A DNA stretch of 64,000 nt, taken from NCBI GenBank assembly GCA_963824495.1, contig CAWGPQ010000006.1:64001-128000 (forward strand), in the 5' to 3' direction. The position numbers and the translations under genes were made by a program. The notes under the pieces are model-generated. The model saw only the letters and a list, made by a program, of their open reading frames with translations, ran no database searches and was not told the origin of the DNA. The DNA is from an uncultured bacterium. GTDB taxonomy: Bacteria > Babelota > Babeliae > Babelales > Babelaceae. Positions 19,731 through 29,694 of this stretch are shown here, piece by piece (position 1 is the first letter of the stretch; each line of letters begins with the position of its first letter).

Positions 19731-21340
19731 GGTGTAGTACTAGGTTGGTTTTCAAGTTGCTCAAGTGCTTGTTGTTCTTGAAATTGATCGGGCTCCAATT
19801 GTGGCTGACTAGCAGCTAAAGGCTGTACGGGCTGTTGCTGAAATAGATTGTTATCTTGAACAAATTCTTGCTGTGCTTGCTTAATTAAAGCAGTATAATC
19901 ACTGCATTGTTGAGAGCTTAGTGTGCCAATTTTGCTTCCCGTAACTTGAGTAATAAGATTTTCAAGACAAGGATCTAGGATGCCAAGACCTAGTATTTGA
20001 GTAAAATCTCCTAAGCATGCTCGTAAGATTTGTAGTATGCCTGCTCGTGTATTGAGCCAATCAGGTTGCACGGCAACCTCTTGCTCATAGAGATTGTTAT
20101 GAGTAGGAATATTAACGCAGAGCTTTACAGCTTGTGCTTGATTTTGTGTTATGGAGCCCTGAGCATCTTTAAAATAAGCGATAGGGTAGCCTAGTGAAGC
20201 ATGTTGTTTAGTTACCGCTTGTGTGCCTGCTTGAGCAAGTTTGATAAGATGGGCAGGCCAGCCAATTGATCGTACCCCCTTTGGCAACTCCGTGGCCGCT
20301 TGAAGTATACTATTCAGTGCCTGTAAGCTTTCTGGCGTATAAGAAAAGAGTGATGGGGTAACCCGCTTGTAGCCTCGTAATTGACTAACGGCAGTTTGTA
20401 TGTCTTCCAGGGTCTTTGGTGGCTGTTGTGCTAAAGCTTGCGATCGCTTAATGCTCGGATTGTTTGCCAGTACCCGAGCAACAGATTGTGCATAGGTGGC
20501 GAACTGGCTTTGACCAGGAATTTGACTAGCACTATCAAGATAGCTTGTATACGCAGAAAAGAAAGTAAGATATGCCTGAAGTGCAGAACGATATGTTGTC
20601 TGAGCTGCTTGAACTACTTTATGTATAGTTTGTTGCTCTGGAGTAGCTGGTGTGTCACCCGAGAAAAATTGTTCTTCTTGGTTTTCAAGCAAGAAATTAA
20701 TATCAGCGCCATAATCGTGGCTTATAAGAATATTACCGGTAGAAAGTGTTAGCTGAGGTGGTAATAGAGGAAAATAGGTTTGAATTGCTTGATGTAATTG
20801 TGCTTGAACAATGGTTAAAAGGTGCTGAAGTATATATGCTTTTTTATTAAGAGCATACATGGCTTCAGTTTCTAAATGGGCCAGAGGCGTATCGGTATGT
20901 GTCAGATTAAATGTGGTGTAAATGCTTACCAAGTAATAAAAAAGATCATGGAGAGCAAAAAACTGTACTTTACGCACATAAGCAACTGCTTGAGGGGCTT
21001 TTTGTAGGCTTGCCAAGAGTCCATTGAAACTTGCGGCAAGGGCAGCATTATCGAAAAGCTCGCTTCCCGATGGATGATTGACATAGAGATGGGAGTTCAG
21101 TGTAAAGCTTACGGTAGCTCGTTGAGTTCCTAAATTCCAAGCAAAAGGCATACGGTTTTTATTATGAGCATTAGGCTTTATGAGTCGTGAGCCATCGGGG
21201 GTTACATAGCGTACTGCATATTGCGCAGGCGTTAAGTTGAGCGCTGGGGCTACAGATGCTTGCTGGCTTACTGCTTGGCCTATGATAAGATGTGTGATAA
21301 GACTGAAACTAACTAAGCTGCTCCTTTGTACCCACCGCAT
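19727..21340 (-). CDS. Exported Gln/Ala-rich protein (537 aa), first gene of three-gene operon
   Basis: AAGGAA RBS, signal-peptide-like N-terminus, mostly helical, Q-rich tail. Confidence 0.82.
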   Translation of the reverse strand: MRWVQRSSLVSFSLITHLIIGQAVSQQASVAPALNLTPAQYAVRYVTPDGSRLIKPNAHNKNRMPFAWNLGTQRATVSFTLNSHLYVNHPSGSELFDNAALAASFNGLLASLQKAPQAVAYVRKVQFFALHDLFYYLVSIYTTFNLTHTDTPLAHLETEAMYALNKKAYILQHLLTIVQAQLHQAIQTYFPLLPPQLTLSTGNILISHDYGADINFLLENQEEQFFSGDTPATPEQQTIHKVVQAAQTTYRSALQAYLTFFSAYTSYLDSASQIPGQSQFATYAQSVARVLANNPSIKRSQALAQQPPKTLEDIQTAVSQLRGYKRVTPSLFSYTPESLQALNSILQAATELPKGVRSIGWPAHLIKLAQAGTQAVTKQHASLGYPIAYFKDAQGSITQNQAQAVKLCVNIPTHNNLYEQEVAVQPDWLNTRAGILQILRACLGDFTQILGLGILDPCLENLITQVTGSKIGTLSSQQCSDYTALIKQAQQEFVQDNNLFQQQPVQPLAASQPQLEPDQFQEQQALEQLENQPSTTP

Positions 21341-21350
21341 ACTGTTCCTT

Positions 21351-21402
21351 ATATCGTACTGGTTGACACACGCGAGACAAGACTCATGTACCAGTACGAT
21401 AT
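21351..21402 (-). promoter_or_regulatory. Perfect 13-bp inverted repeat abutting the operon RBS
   Basis: ATATCGTACTGGT (21351-21363) and ACCAGTACGATAT (21390-21402); on the minus strand AAGGAA and ATG 21340 follow immediately. Confidence 0.6.
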
Positions 21403-21531
21403 GATGTTGATTAAGAGAAAATCAAGAGTTTTGTGAAACTCACATGGGTTAAGCTATAGAAAAAATTTACGATATTCTTAAAAAACGGTATAGTTTCTTT
21501 AATCACATTAAAAACAACAATTTTTAAGTAT

Positions 21532-22749
21532 ATGAGAGTGCGCATGCTTTTTCGTTCTAAATTACTTTTGGCAATCCCTCTTTTCGGCATTTTTCTTTGG
21601 TTTGGTCTTACGGCATACACCTTCTTTTTTGATACTGATAGTCCTGACCTGGCTATTCTGGGAATCGGGGATAATGGATGTTATGCAGGTGAGGTTCAGT
21701 GTAAAGTGACAGGCAGTGATAACTATAAAGTTGCCTCTATATCGATCTCGCTTGATGACACACCATTGGTAACTCGTTATAAAATTAATCACAGCACTTT
21801 TGAGCACGCATTTCCTCTTGTTACTCATGCACTTGCGCATGGCAACCACATTCTTAAAATAAGTGCGCGCGATGCCTCATGGCGTAAAAATGAAAGAGTA
21901 ACGACGTTACATTTTGCTGTCGATAACGTTCCTTTACAAGCTGCCTTTGTTAAAGCTGACGGTGACAGTAAAGTTTTTCAAGGCCGTACGGTGCATCTTC
22001 AATTTCAGGTTAATAAAGATATAGAAAAAGCTGAAGTTAAAGTTCTCTCAACGACTTACAGGGCGGTACCAGAAGCACCTGACTCGCTTATCTATGAGTG
22101 CTTTATTCCTGTAAAATGCGATGAGATACCTAATGAGTATCCTGTAACCATCGACATTGTTGATCGTGTTGGGACACGGGTAACACTTGATACTAAACTC
22201 CATGTAGTTATGTATCCCTTCAAGAAGCAAAGCTTAGTGTTAAATAAAGAAAAAATTAAAGCAGAAAATGAGCTCGGTTTACCTGAGCGAGCGTTGGAGC
22301 AGGCTATACAGGAAGCAACACAGAAATCACCCCCTACTAAATTATGGCAAGGGTATTTTTATGTGCCTCTTGACATGAAAGGAATATCAACTGAATTCGG
22401 TACTATACGCACAACGCAAGAACGGGGAAGGTACCCACATAATGCGCTTGATCTTATAGCAGCACCTCATAGTGTTGTTTGGGCTCCACAAAATGGCATA
22501 ATTGTTATTAAAGAGCGTTACGCTCATAGTGGCCTTACTATCGGTATCGATCACGGTTTGGGTGTCATTACTCTATTCTTCCATCTAGAGAGTTTTGCTG
22601 ATATTAATGTGGGTGATCTGGTTAAAAAGGGCAATCCTGTAGGAAATATGGGCAGCACAGGATATGCAAGTGGCGATCACTTGCATTGGGAGATGCGTGT
22701 TAATACACTACAAGTAGATCCTATGCAATGGACTAAGCAGGACTTTTAA
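21532..22749 (+). CDS. M23-family metallopeptidase with N-terminal membrane anchor and Ig-like domain
   Basis: HNALD, HLE, GSTGYASGDHLHWE, VDP motifs. Confidence 0.9.
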   Translation: MRVRMLFRSKLLLAIPLFGIFLWFGLTAYTFFFDTDSPDLAILGIGDNGCYAGEVQCKVTGSDNYKVASISISLDDTPLVTRYKINHSTFEHAFPLVTHALAHGNHILKISARDASWRKNERVTTLHFAVDNVPLQAAFVKADGDSKVFQGRTVHLQFQVNKDIEKAEVKVLSTTYRAVPEAPDSLIYECFIPVKCDEIPNEYPVTIDIVDRVGTRVTLDTKLHVVMYPFKKQSLVLNKEKIKAENELGLPERALEQAIQEATQKSPPTKLWQGYFYVPLDMKGISTEFGTIRTTQERGRYPHNALDLIAAPHSVVWAPQNGIIVIKERYAHSGLTIGIDHGLGVITLFFHLESFADINVGDLVKKGNPVGNMGSTGYASGDHLHWEMRVNTLQVDPMQWTKQDF

Positions 22750-22766
22750 TACAGGATTTTTGATAT

Positions 22767-23345
22767 ATGAATTATTTTATACCACGAGGTAGCAAGACGT
22801 ATTATCGCCTTATACAATGGTCTGCGGTTGCACGCTATGGCCTGACACTCTGTATCGTGGTATGTCTTATCGTTAGTTGGCGGTTTTTGTGCTACGGGAC
22901 AGTCCAGCAGTATATCGGTACCTATCAAAAAAATAATAATGAAACCGAACTTCTTAAAAAACTAACAGATACTAAAAAAGCAGCATGTGAACGTGAGCTT
23001 CAGCACTATCAGAGCACTATTAATGAACTTATGCGTGAGCTGAATCAGCTTCATAGTCAATCGGCTTCTAGTAAGCTTGATTTTTTAAAAAGTATAGTAT
23101 CGCTTATTGCTACGGCAGGGCTAAAGCTCGAGTATTATGGTATTGAGCAAGAAGATACAAAGAAAACACATATACGGCTATCGCTACGTATAGCATGTAC
23201 GGGAAGCTTTGAGGCCATCATGACGTTTTTTGCCGCCTTGACTAAAAGCACCTGCTTACTTGCCTGGCGCCAGTATGAATTGACACGTGTGGATGATACG
23301 CTTGTCGCCTGTGCTGGCCTTCTTGATGTTTTTGTACTTAAGTAA
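22767..23345 (+). CDS. PilO/GspM-like type IV pilus alignment protein
   Basis: TM helix, coiled coil, C-terminal IACTGSFEAIMTFFAAL resembling PilO G.Y/F....F. Confidence 0.55.
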   Translation: MNYFIPRGSKTYYRLIQWSAVARYGLTLCIVVCLIVSWRFLCYGTVQQYIGTYQKNNNETELLKKLTDTKKAACERELQHYQSTINELMRELNQLHSQSASSKLDFLKSIVSLIATAGLKLEYYGIEQEDTKKTHIRLSLRIACTGSFEAIMTFFAALTKSTCLLAWRQYELTRVDDTLVACAGLLDVFVLK

Positions 23346-23358
23346 GAGAGGTGCCTCT

Positions 23359-23592
23359 ATGCTCTATGTTCCTCTTATACTTTTCTGCTCATGTGCTTTT
23401 TTTGAGGTTGCAGCTTTGCGTAACCCCTTTTGCTATAATTACGATCATTACGATTATGATGCTGTACTTGCCACGGGCAGGATACTTGATGCAGATCTCT
23501 GCATTAATCTTGTACGTACAGGAAATAAAACCAAAGTTATTACAGAAAAAAAGGCCCTTCAACTTAAAAAAGCTGAAGGGTTAGGGGGGTGA
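23359..23592 (+). CDS. Small exported protein, PilP-like RNPF motif
   Basis: GAGAGG RBS, signal peptide, LRNPF (cf. PilP RDPF), directly after the pilO-like gene. Confidence 0.45.
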   Translation: MLYVPLILFCSCAFFEVAALRNPFCYNYDHYDYDAVLATGRILDADLCINLVRTGNKTKVITEKKALQLKKAEGLGG

Positions 23593-23760
23593 ACAATACA
23601 TGAACGTATTGTTCGTTTAGGGACGATTTTGCTTAATGCTTGTGATGCATCCTATCAGTCAAAGTAGTGCTTGTCAAGCACACCGATGCCTATGGTACTA
23701 ATGACAAATACTGGTATACTTAAAGTTATTAACATATTGTTCTTATGAGCTACTATACTG

Positions 23761-25377
23761 ATGCTTTATCTTTCTATTATTGTTACTATTATCTTATCAT
23801 TGTGCTCAACCGCTATACTCAGTTATATTTCTCTTGCAGTTCCTATTGGGCCATGGATAGAACCCACCATTGTTCTTATTGCCATGCTTATGCTTGGTCT
23901 TTTAATGCGTAATGTTTCCCTGCATGCTCGTTCACATGCTTTAACCCTTGTTACCGCTGGTGCATCGATTGGTGGTATCTTAGCAACAGGCTGTGGGTTT
24001 GCGTTTCCTACCCTTTACTTTCTTGATCAAGAATTCTTTACCAAATGGCTACAGTCGCCCTTATATTTTATGTCGATTATGACCGGTATTTCATTGACAG
24101 CTGGATCATTGGGACTTGTATTAGCAAACGCCTGCGAACATTATCTGCTTGACTCACAGGGCATGTCGTTTCCTATAGGACAACTTGCTCACAAAATGAT
24201 AGGTGCTCAAAATCAGCTCCGTAAGTCGCGCGAATTGGCTTTAGGCTTTATCGTGAGCGCTGCCTATAGTGTGCTTCAGGCCATAAGTGGTTTTATTCCT
24301 GCATCGATTACGATGGGCACCACTCATTCATGGGGTCTCATTACGATTCCCTCTCTTAAGCTACCACTAGCATATATTCCCATGCTGTGGTCAATAGGTT
24401 TTGTTACAGGTCATGTTATAGCGATTCCCTTAGCGGTAGGAATATTCTCAAAGCTTGTGATAATTAACCCTTTAAGCACAGCGTATTTTTCTCATATAAA
24501 GCCTGAAGAGTTTTTATTAGCATTTTGTAGTGGCTTGATTGCGTATGGCGCACTCTTAAGTTTCTTTGAGCTACCAAAATTTCTTATAGCTTTTATTAAA
24601 AATAAGAGCAAACAGGGAACTGATTATTCGCTCAAGAATCTCCAAAGTCGATTACCTACTTCTTTTGTATTTCTAGAATGGCTGTTAGTGCTAACCAGTA
24701 CCTGTGCCGTTCTTTATTATTTTAACTTCAGTGTCATTGCTCAGCTGTATATCATTATTTTTACCCTTATCTGTGCGTATCAATTACTGGTTATTGGCGG
24801 CAAGATTGGTTTGGCTCCCATGGGCAAGTTTGCTACATTCGTTATGCTTCCTGGCATTTTCTTATTTGGCTTTAATGCTGTTCAGGCAACATTTGTTGCA
24901 ACGTTTGTTGAAATTTGCGGTGGCGTGGCGGTTGATGTTCTTTTTGGCCGCAAAATGGCGCGCTTAGCAGGGGTAGAGCCTACTACCGTAATGCTCTTTC
25001 AGTGGCTTGGGGTTTTTATAAGCTCGTTGGCCGTAGGAGGCATCTTTTGGATCTTGATAACTCATTTTGGGCTTGGCTCTGAGCATTTGGTTGCACAACG
25101 TGCTCAAAGTCGGGCTTTATTGATTAATGCACAATCATTTGATTTTTTTGCTGTGCTTGCAGGAGCTCTCTTCGGAGCTCTATTAAAAGATCTACACGTT
25201 AACCCCATGCTGGTTTTAGGTGGCGTCTTAATGCCGCTTGAATGGTCGCTTATCTTAATGCTGAGTGGTCTATCAACCTATCTCGTTAACGATAGAGAAA
25301 GCCAGTATCCGTTATGGTCAGGTGTATTTGCTGCTAATTCTCTTTGGATGCTTGTTAAAGCACTGCTTAAGTATTAG
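23761..25377 (+). CDS. OPT/YSL-family oligopeptide transporter-like membrane protein
   Basis: 538 aa, many TM helices; FAFPTL, MSFPIG and AQRAQ..A segments reminiscent of OPT. Confidence 0.65.
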   Translation: MLYLSIIVTIILSLCSTAILSYISLAVPIGPWIEPTIVLIAMLMLGLLMRNVSLHARSHALTLVTAGASIGGILATGCGFAFPTLYFLDQEFFTKWLQSPLYFMSIMTGISLTAGSLGLVLANACEHYLLDSQGMSFPIGQLAHKMIGAQNQLRKSRELALGFIVSAAYSVLQAISGFIPASITMGTTHSWGLITIPSLKLPLAYIPMLWSIGFVTGHVIAIPLAVGIFSKLVIINPLSTAYFSHIKPEEFLLAFCSGLIAYGALLSFFELPKFLIAFIKNKSKQGTDYSLKNLQSRLPTSFVFLEWLLVLTSTCAVLYYFNFSVIAQLYIIIFTLICAYQLLVIGGKIGLAPMGKFATFVMLPGIFLFGFNAVQATFVATFVEICGGVAVDVLFGRKMARLAGVEPTTVMLFQWLGVFISSLAVGGIFWILITHFGLGSEHLVAQRAQSRALLINAQSFDFFAVLAGALFGALLKDLHVNPMLVLGGVLMPLEWSLILMLSGLSTYLVNDRESQYPLWSGVFAANSLWMLVKALLKY

Positions 25378-25398
25378 TTACTTAAAGCTTATGTGCTA

Positions 25399-25920
25399 TC
25401 ACTCACTATGCGATGTTCTGTTGTGCTCGAGCAAGAGCTCCGCTATATCTGACTGTTCAATACTTAAAGCTAAAGCACGAGCATCTTGGTTATTTCTATT
25501 TCTTACATCTGTTCGAGCCCCTGGGCGGAGCAGAAACTCAACAGCAGTTGCTTGATCAAAACGAGCTGCAATCATCAACGCTGTATTACCATGTTCATCT
25601 TCAGCGTTAATATTTATCCCTTCAGCAAGCAGAGCTTGTAGCGCTTCGATATTGCCCTCTGACGCTCGTATAATAAAATTACGTTCTTTGGCTTGTTTCT
25701 CTTGTTTCTCTTGGTTTAGGCATGACTCAGGGTCTTGTGACTGCTCAAGGGCATGTTGCTTGGTAACTTTGGCGAGTGCTTGAGCTTGTAAGCTAGCAAC
25801 AGAATAGAACGTAGTAATACCAGTATTATTATTATTGTTATTATCAGCATTCATAGCGTGCAAAGTGCTACCAGAATATAATACTATGCATGTAAAAGAA
25901 GAAAGAATATTTTTAACCAC
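25399..25920 (-). CDS. Exported ankyrin-repeat protein
   Basis: GTG 25920 after AGGA; signal ending STLHA-M; poly-Asn; GNIEALQALLAEGININAEDEHGNTALMIAA. Confidence 0.85.
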   Translation of the reverse strand: MVKNILSSFTCIVLYSGSTLHAMNADNNNNNNTGITTFYSVASLQAQALAKVTKQHALEQSQDPESCLNQEKQEKQAKERNFIIRASEGNIEALQALLAEGININAEDEHGNTALMIAARFDQATAVEFLLRPGARTDVRNRNNQDARALALSIEQSDIAELLLEHNRTSHSE

Positions 25921-26081
25921 TATCCTAACGCCCTTGGGTTGGCTGTAATTAACCAGGTTTAATTGTAAGCACATAATGTATAGTACGTTTTTTAGTAGTA
26001 ATATCAAGCAGATACGTATAGAGTACTCAAGTACTTCTATGCTATACTTTATTGAAGTGGTTAAAATGTAGGCGCTGCTAA

Positions 26082-27026
26082 TTGTCTGTGCTTAAATATG
26101 AGCTATCAAGTAGGTGTAGCGTGAATCAACCTTTTTCTCTTCATGAGCTGCAGGATTTACCAAGGGTGACCCAAAAACCCTCATATGTTAAAGCAATCGA
26201 TGGGATTAATCTTGCCTATTACTCGTTCATGCCCGAATCCATATCGCCTTCTGCACTCGTAATTTTGTATCATGGCGGAGGCCTTTACGGCAACAACGCA
26301 TATCAATGGATTGGTTCTGCATTAAGGGCATATGCTATTGGCACCTATGTAGTTGACATACGTGGACATGGAAATTCGGAGGGCCTTGCTCGTGGTGACG
26401 CTCCAAGCGTTGAGCACGTATGGCGTGACATAGATACACTACTTAAACTGGTTGCAGATAAGCATCCTGGCGTACCGGTATATCTTGTTGGCCATTCTTC
26501 CGGTGCTGGATTGCTTGTTAATTATAACGCATGGAAGAAAGAAGTGCATGTACATGGCTATATTTTTCTTGCACCTTATTTTGGACCACTCTCTGAAACA
26601 TTACAGCAACACACTGATCCTCAACGAAACTTTGTGAAAAAGGTCAAAACGTGGATATTTATTCTGAATGCCATTACCAGTAAAAGCTTGTTTACGCATA
26701 TACCCGCAGTATTTTTTAATCATCCCAATAATCTTGTTTGTTCTGATCCATTAGTCGTGCCTTATTATACTTACACGATGTCATGCGCAGTGACGCCGTA
26801 TCGTGCTCGAGAGCTCTTCGCGCAGCTTAGCCGACCCTTTGCGCTCTATATCGGTGATAAAGATGAACAATTTGTACTTGAGAAAGTTATAGCATTTAAA
26901 GAGTGTGCCACGAAAGTACGTGATTGCTCTATGGCTGAAATTGTACCTGACGCACAACATCTTTCTATTTTGCTGAATTCTCCACAACTTATTGCTAAGG
27001 CTATCGATCAGATAAAAATACTTTAA
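26082..27026 (+). CDS. Alpha/beta hydrolase (lysophospholipase/monoacylglycerol-lipase-like)
   Basis: HGGG, DIRGHGNS, GHSSG nucleophile, GDKDE, C-terminal H; start may be GTG 26121. Confidence 0.88.
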   Translation: MSVLKYELSSRCSVNQPFSLHELQDLPRVTQKPSYVKAIDGINLAYYSFMPESISPSALVILYHGGGLYGNNAYQWIGSALRAYAIGTYVVDIRGHGNSEGLARGDAPSVEHVWRDIDTLLKLVADKHPGVPVYLVGHSSGAGLLVNYNAWKKEVHVHGYIFLAPYFGPLSETLQQHTDPQRNFVKKVKTWIFILNAITSKSLFTHIPAVFFNHPNNLVCSDPLVVPYYTYTMSCAVTPYRARELFAQLSRPFALYIGDKDEQFVLEKVIAFKECATKVRDCSMAEIVPDAQHLSILLNSPQLIAKAIDQIKIL

Positions 27027-27071
27027 GCACGAGCTTATTTGTTCTCGCCTAAAGCTGCGTCGACACACGTG

Positions 27072-27441
27072 TCAAATAATTTGGCTTAAAGATTGACCTT
27101 GTTTTTGTGCTTGTCGGGCAAGAGTGTAGTGTCTTCTGCTAAAAAATTTGTGTATTTTATGCTTAAACGCCCTCTCTAAGTATGGCCTGATACATTCCGG
27201 AGGGACTCTATTAACGTCGACGAGATCAATTTTTTGTGACATTGGTAGTGCATCAAGGAGTAGTGCGGGAAGCTGAAGCTCTTGAAGGGTAAGACGGCGT
27301 CCAGCATCGATTGGCAATATCAATATCGGATCCAGGTTTATTAGTGCCACGGGCATAAGAGCCAAAGAGATAGACTTTTGCATGAGGAAAAAATATCTCA
27401 ATAATCTTTATCATGCCATCTTTATACTTTATTTCATCCAT
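27072..27441 (-). pseudogene. Minimal nucleotidyltransferase (MNT antitoxin-type), frameshifted
   Basis: VYLFGSYARG..SDIDIA in one frame continues as IDAGRR..KIDLVD in another; break near 27313. Confidence 0.8.
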
Positions 27442-27651
27442 AGTGTCTATTCCTGATTGAACGTGTCTATATTAATTTATACTAGTATAACAAAATATTC
27501 ACTGTTAGTGTATGGTTGGTTTTTGGCGGAGAGACAAGAGGTTGGTGTGTCCGGGGCCTATAACAAACTATTTACTAAGCTGGCACAATTGGCTCAGAAT
27601 AGATTATATCTCCTGTCTTGGGTGAATATAGTTCTAAACAAGGGCAATCAA

Positions 27652-28557
27652 ATGATAGTATCTACTAAATCGTATATTATTGCACTTTCTTGTATAGTTT
27701 TGGCAGAATGTACACTCGTGAGTAAAGTTGTTATCTTCGATTTGGGAGGTGTTCTTACCGAGCTCAGCTATAATCGCATGGCTCAATCTTTGTTTGGGCG
27801 TAATACGCTTGCTTATGTTGCATGGGATTGGCAGAATCCTCTTAAAATTAAAGATCGCGCTTTACAGCTGTTAGGGATGTGGCGTAAGGAGAATACGCTG
27901 GCACATAAAGATCGAGGTCGTATGCCTAATGGCACACCTATGCCGACCCTTCTTTGCTTATGGCAATCGGGCCTTATATCACATCCTGAAATAATAAAAG
28001 AAATTGAACTACTTCTTAAAGATCTTGATAATTCTGGTCACTTTAAAAATCAGCGTGAAAAAGCTATTATTTCTGACGTTTTAGCTGCTATGTTTAACCC
28101 TACTCTTTTAGCTGATAACATTACTCCTATTGCACAAGCTGTTCAGCTTCTTGCCCGTGTAGCACGAACGCCGGATAGAGATGGTAAAAGGAATGAGCTT
28201 TTTATTTTATCTAATTGGGATCTGCATTCATTTGCTCTTTTTCGTCATACTGACCGAGGGCGTTCTATTTTTGATTATTTTAACCCTGAAAACATTGTCA
28301 TTTCAGGCCATATCGGTGCGCTTAAGCCATCTCCTGCGTGCTTTAAAGCTTTTTTCTCAAAACATAAACAGATAAAGCCTGCTGACTGTATTTTTATTGA
28401 TGACCAACCGGAAAATATCCAAGCAGCAATCGATCATGGTATACTACACGGTATCTTGCTTGAAGATTCTTATATATTTGGCTTTATGCGTTACGGTAAG
28501 GACTATGGAAAGCTTCGCAAAAAACTTCACGCGCTAGGAGTTTTTGGCAAAGCTTAA
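27652..28557 (+). CDS. HAD-superfamily hydrolase with signal-like N-terminus, paralog A
   Basis: VIFDLGGVL, ILSNW, KP, CIFIDD motifs; ATG 27652 preferred. Confidence 0.85.
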   Translation: MIVSTKSYIIALSCIVLAECTLVSKVVIFDLGGVLTELSYNRMAQSLFGRNTLAYVAWDWQNPLKIKDRALQLLGMWRKENTLAHKDRGRMPNGTPMPTLLCLWQSGLISHPEIIKEIELLLKDLDNSGHFKNQREKAIISDVLAAMFNPTLLADNITPIAQAVQLLARVARTPDRDGKRNELFILSNWDLHSFALFRHTDRGRSIFDYFNPENIVISGHIGALKPSPACFKAFFSKHKQIKPADCIFIDDQPENIQAAIDHGILHGILLEDSYIFGFMRYGKDYGKLRKKLHALGVFGKA

Positions 28558-28635
28558 GCCGCATTTGTGCCTCTAATAGATTAGTGATAAGCTAGAAAAG
28601 CTTTATCTTGTGATATTTTTATAGTAGGGGTTACG

Positions 28636-29559
28636 GTGCTCATATTTAAAAGACATATTATGAGCATGCTTATGCTTTTTGCATCTTGCAATGCTTATGG
28701 CAAAGTTATTATTTGGGACCTTGGAGATGTTCTGGTTAGCTTATCCAAACTGGGAATGGCTCGACCTTTAATTGGGCATAACGTAATAACCTATACGATA
28801 TGGGATTGGCAAAATCCCCTAAGTCTTCACGATCGCGCCTTAGAATCATTAAAATATTGGCACGGCGAAAGTAAGCTCGAGCTTAAGGATCGTAGCTATT
28901 TATGTAATCGTATCCCTATGCCAGCCCTACTGTGCTTATGGCAAGCAGGCAAGATCTGTCAGGCTGATGTGCAAAAAGAAGTTACTCTACTTTTAGAGGA
29001 TCTTGATCATGCCAAATTTTTTAAAAATCAACGTGAAAAAGCACTTATCTCAGATATTCTAATTAGCACCATGTTTAATCCTGATCTTTTTGCTGCCAAT
29101 GTTGCGCCTGTACGTCGAGCTATAAAGCTTTTAGGTGATGTTGCTAAAGCTCACGATGAACACGGCAACAGGAATGAGCTTTTTATCTTATCTAACTGGG
29201 ATCCTTATTCATTTGAGATTTTCCGTAATTCAAAGCGAGGACGATTTATTCGTCGTTACTTTAAGCCTGAAAATATTGTTATTTCTGGGAATCTTAAAGC
29301 TCTTAAGCCATCTTCTGATTGCTTTAAAGCTTTTTTCTCAAAGTACCCAAAGTTACATCCAGCTGACTGTATTTTTATCGATGATCAGCCAGAAAATATC
29401 GATGCTGCAGTCAAATATGGCATACAGGGTGTCTTGCTTGAAGATTCATATGTGCTTGGGTTTATCCGGCATGGTAAAGATTACGGAAGACTTCGCAAGC
29501 AACTTCAAGAACTTGGTGTCTTTGGTACGTATAGACCTAAAGCGAGCTTAGTGAATTAG
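28636..29559 (+). CDS. HAD-superfamily hydrolase with signal-like N-terminus, paralog B
   Basis: IIWDLGDVL, ILSNW, KP, CIFIDD; collinear with paralog A. Confidence 0.85.
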   Translation: MLIFKRHIMSMLMLFASCNAYGKVIIWDLGDVLVSLSKLGMARPLIGHNVITYTIWDWQNPLSLHDRALESLKYWHGESKLELKDRSYLCNRIPMPALLCLWQAGKICQADVQKEVTLLLEDLDHAKFFKNQREKALISDILISTMFNPDLFAANVAPVRRAIKLLGDVAKAHDEHGNRNELFILSNWDPYSFEIFRNSKRGRFIRRYFKPENIVISGNLKALKPSSDCFKAFFSKYPKLHPADCIFIDDQPENIDAAVKYGIQGVLLEDSYVLGFIRHGKDYGRLRKQLQELGVFGTYRPKASLVN

Positions 29560-29694
29560 GTAAAAGTATACAATCCATTTTTCTTACCGACACAACATCG
29601 GTATCCATACTAGCTCTTACTAACAAGTTTTTTATTAATTTTTTATAACTGTTATGCTTGCACTAACTGATTAATAAAAACCCAGGAGGTCATC

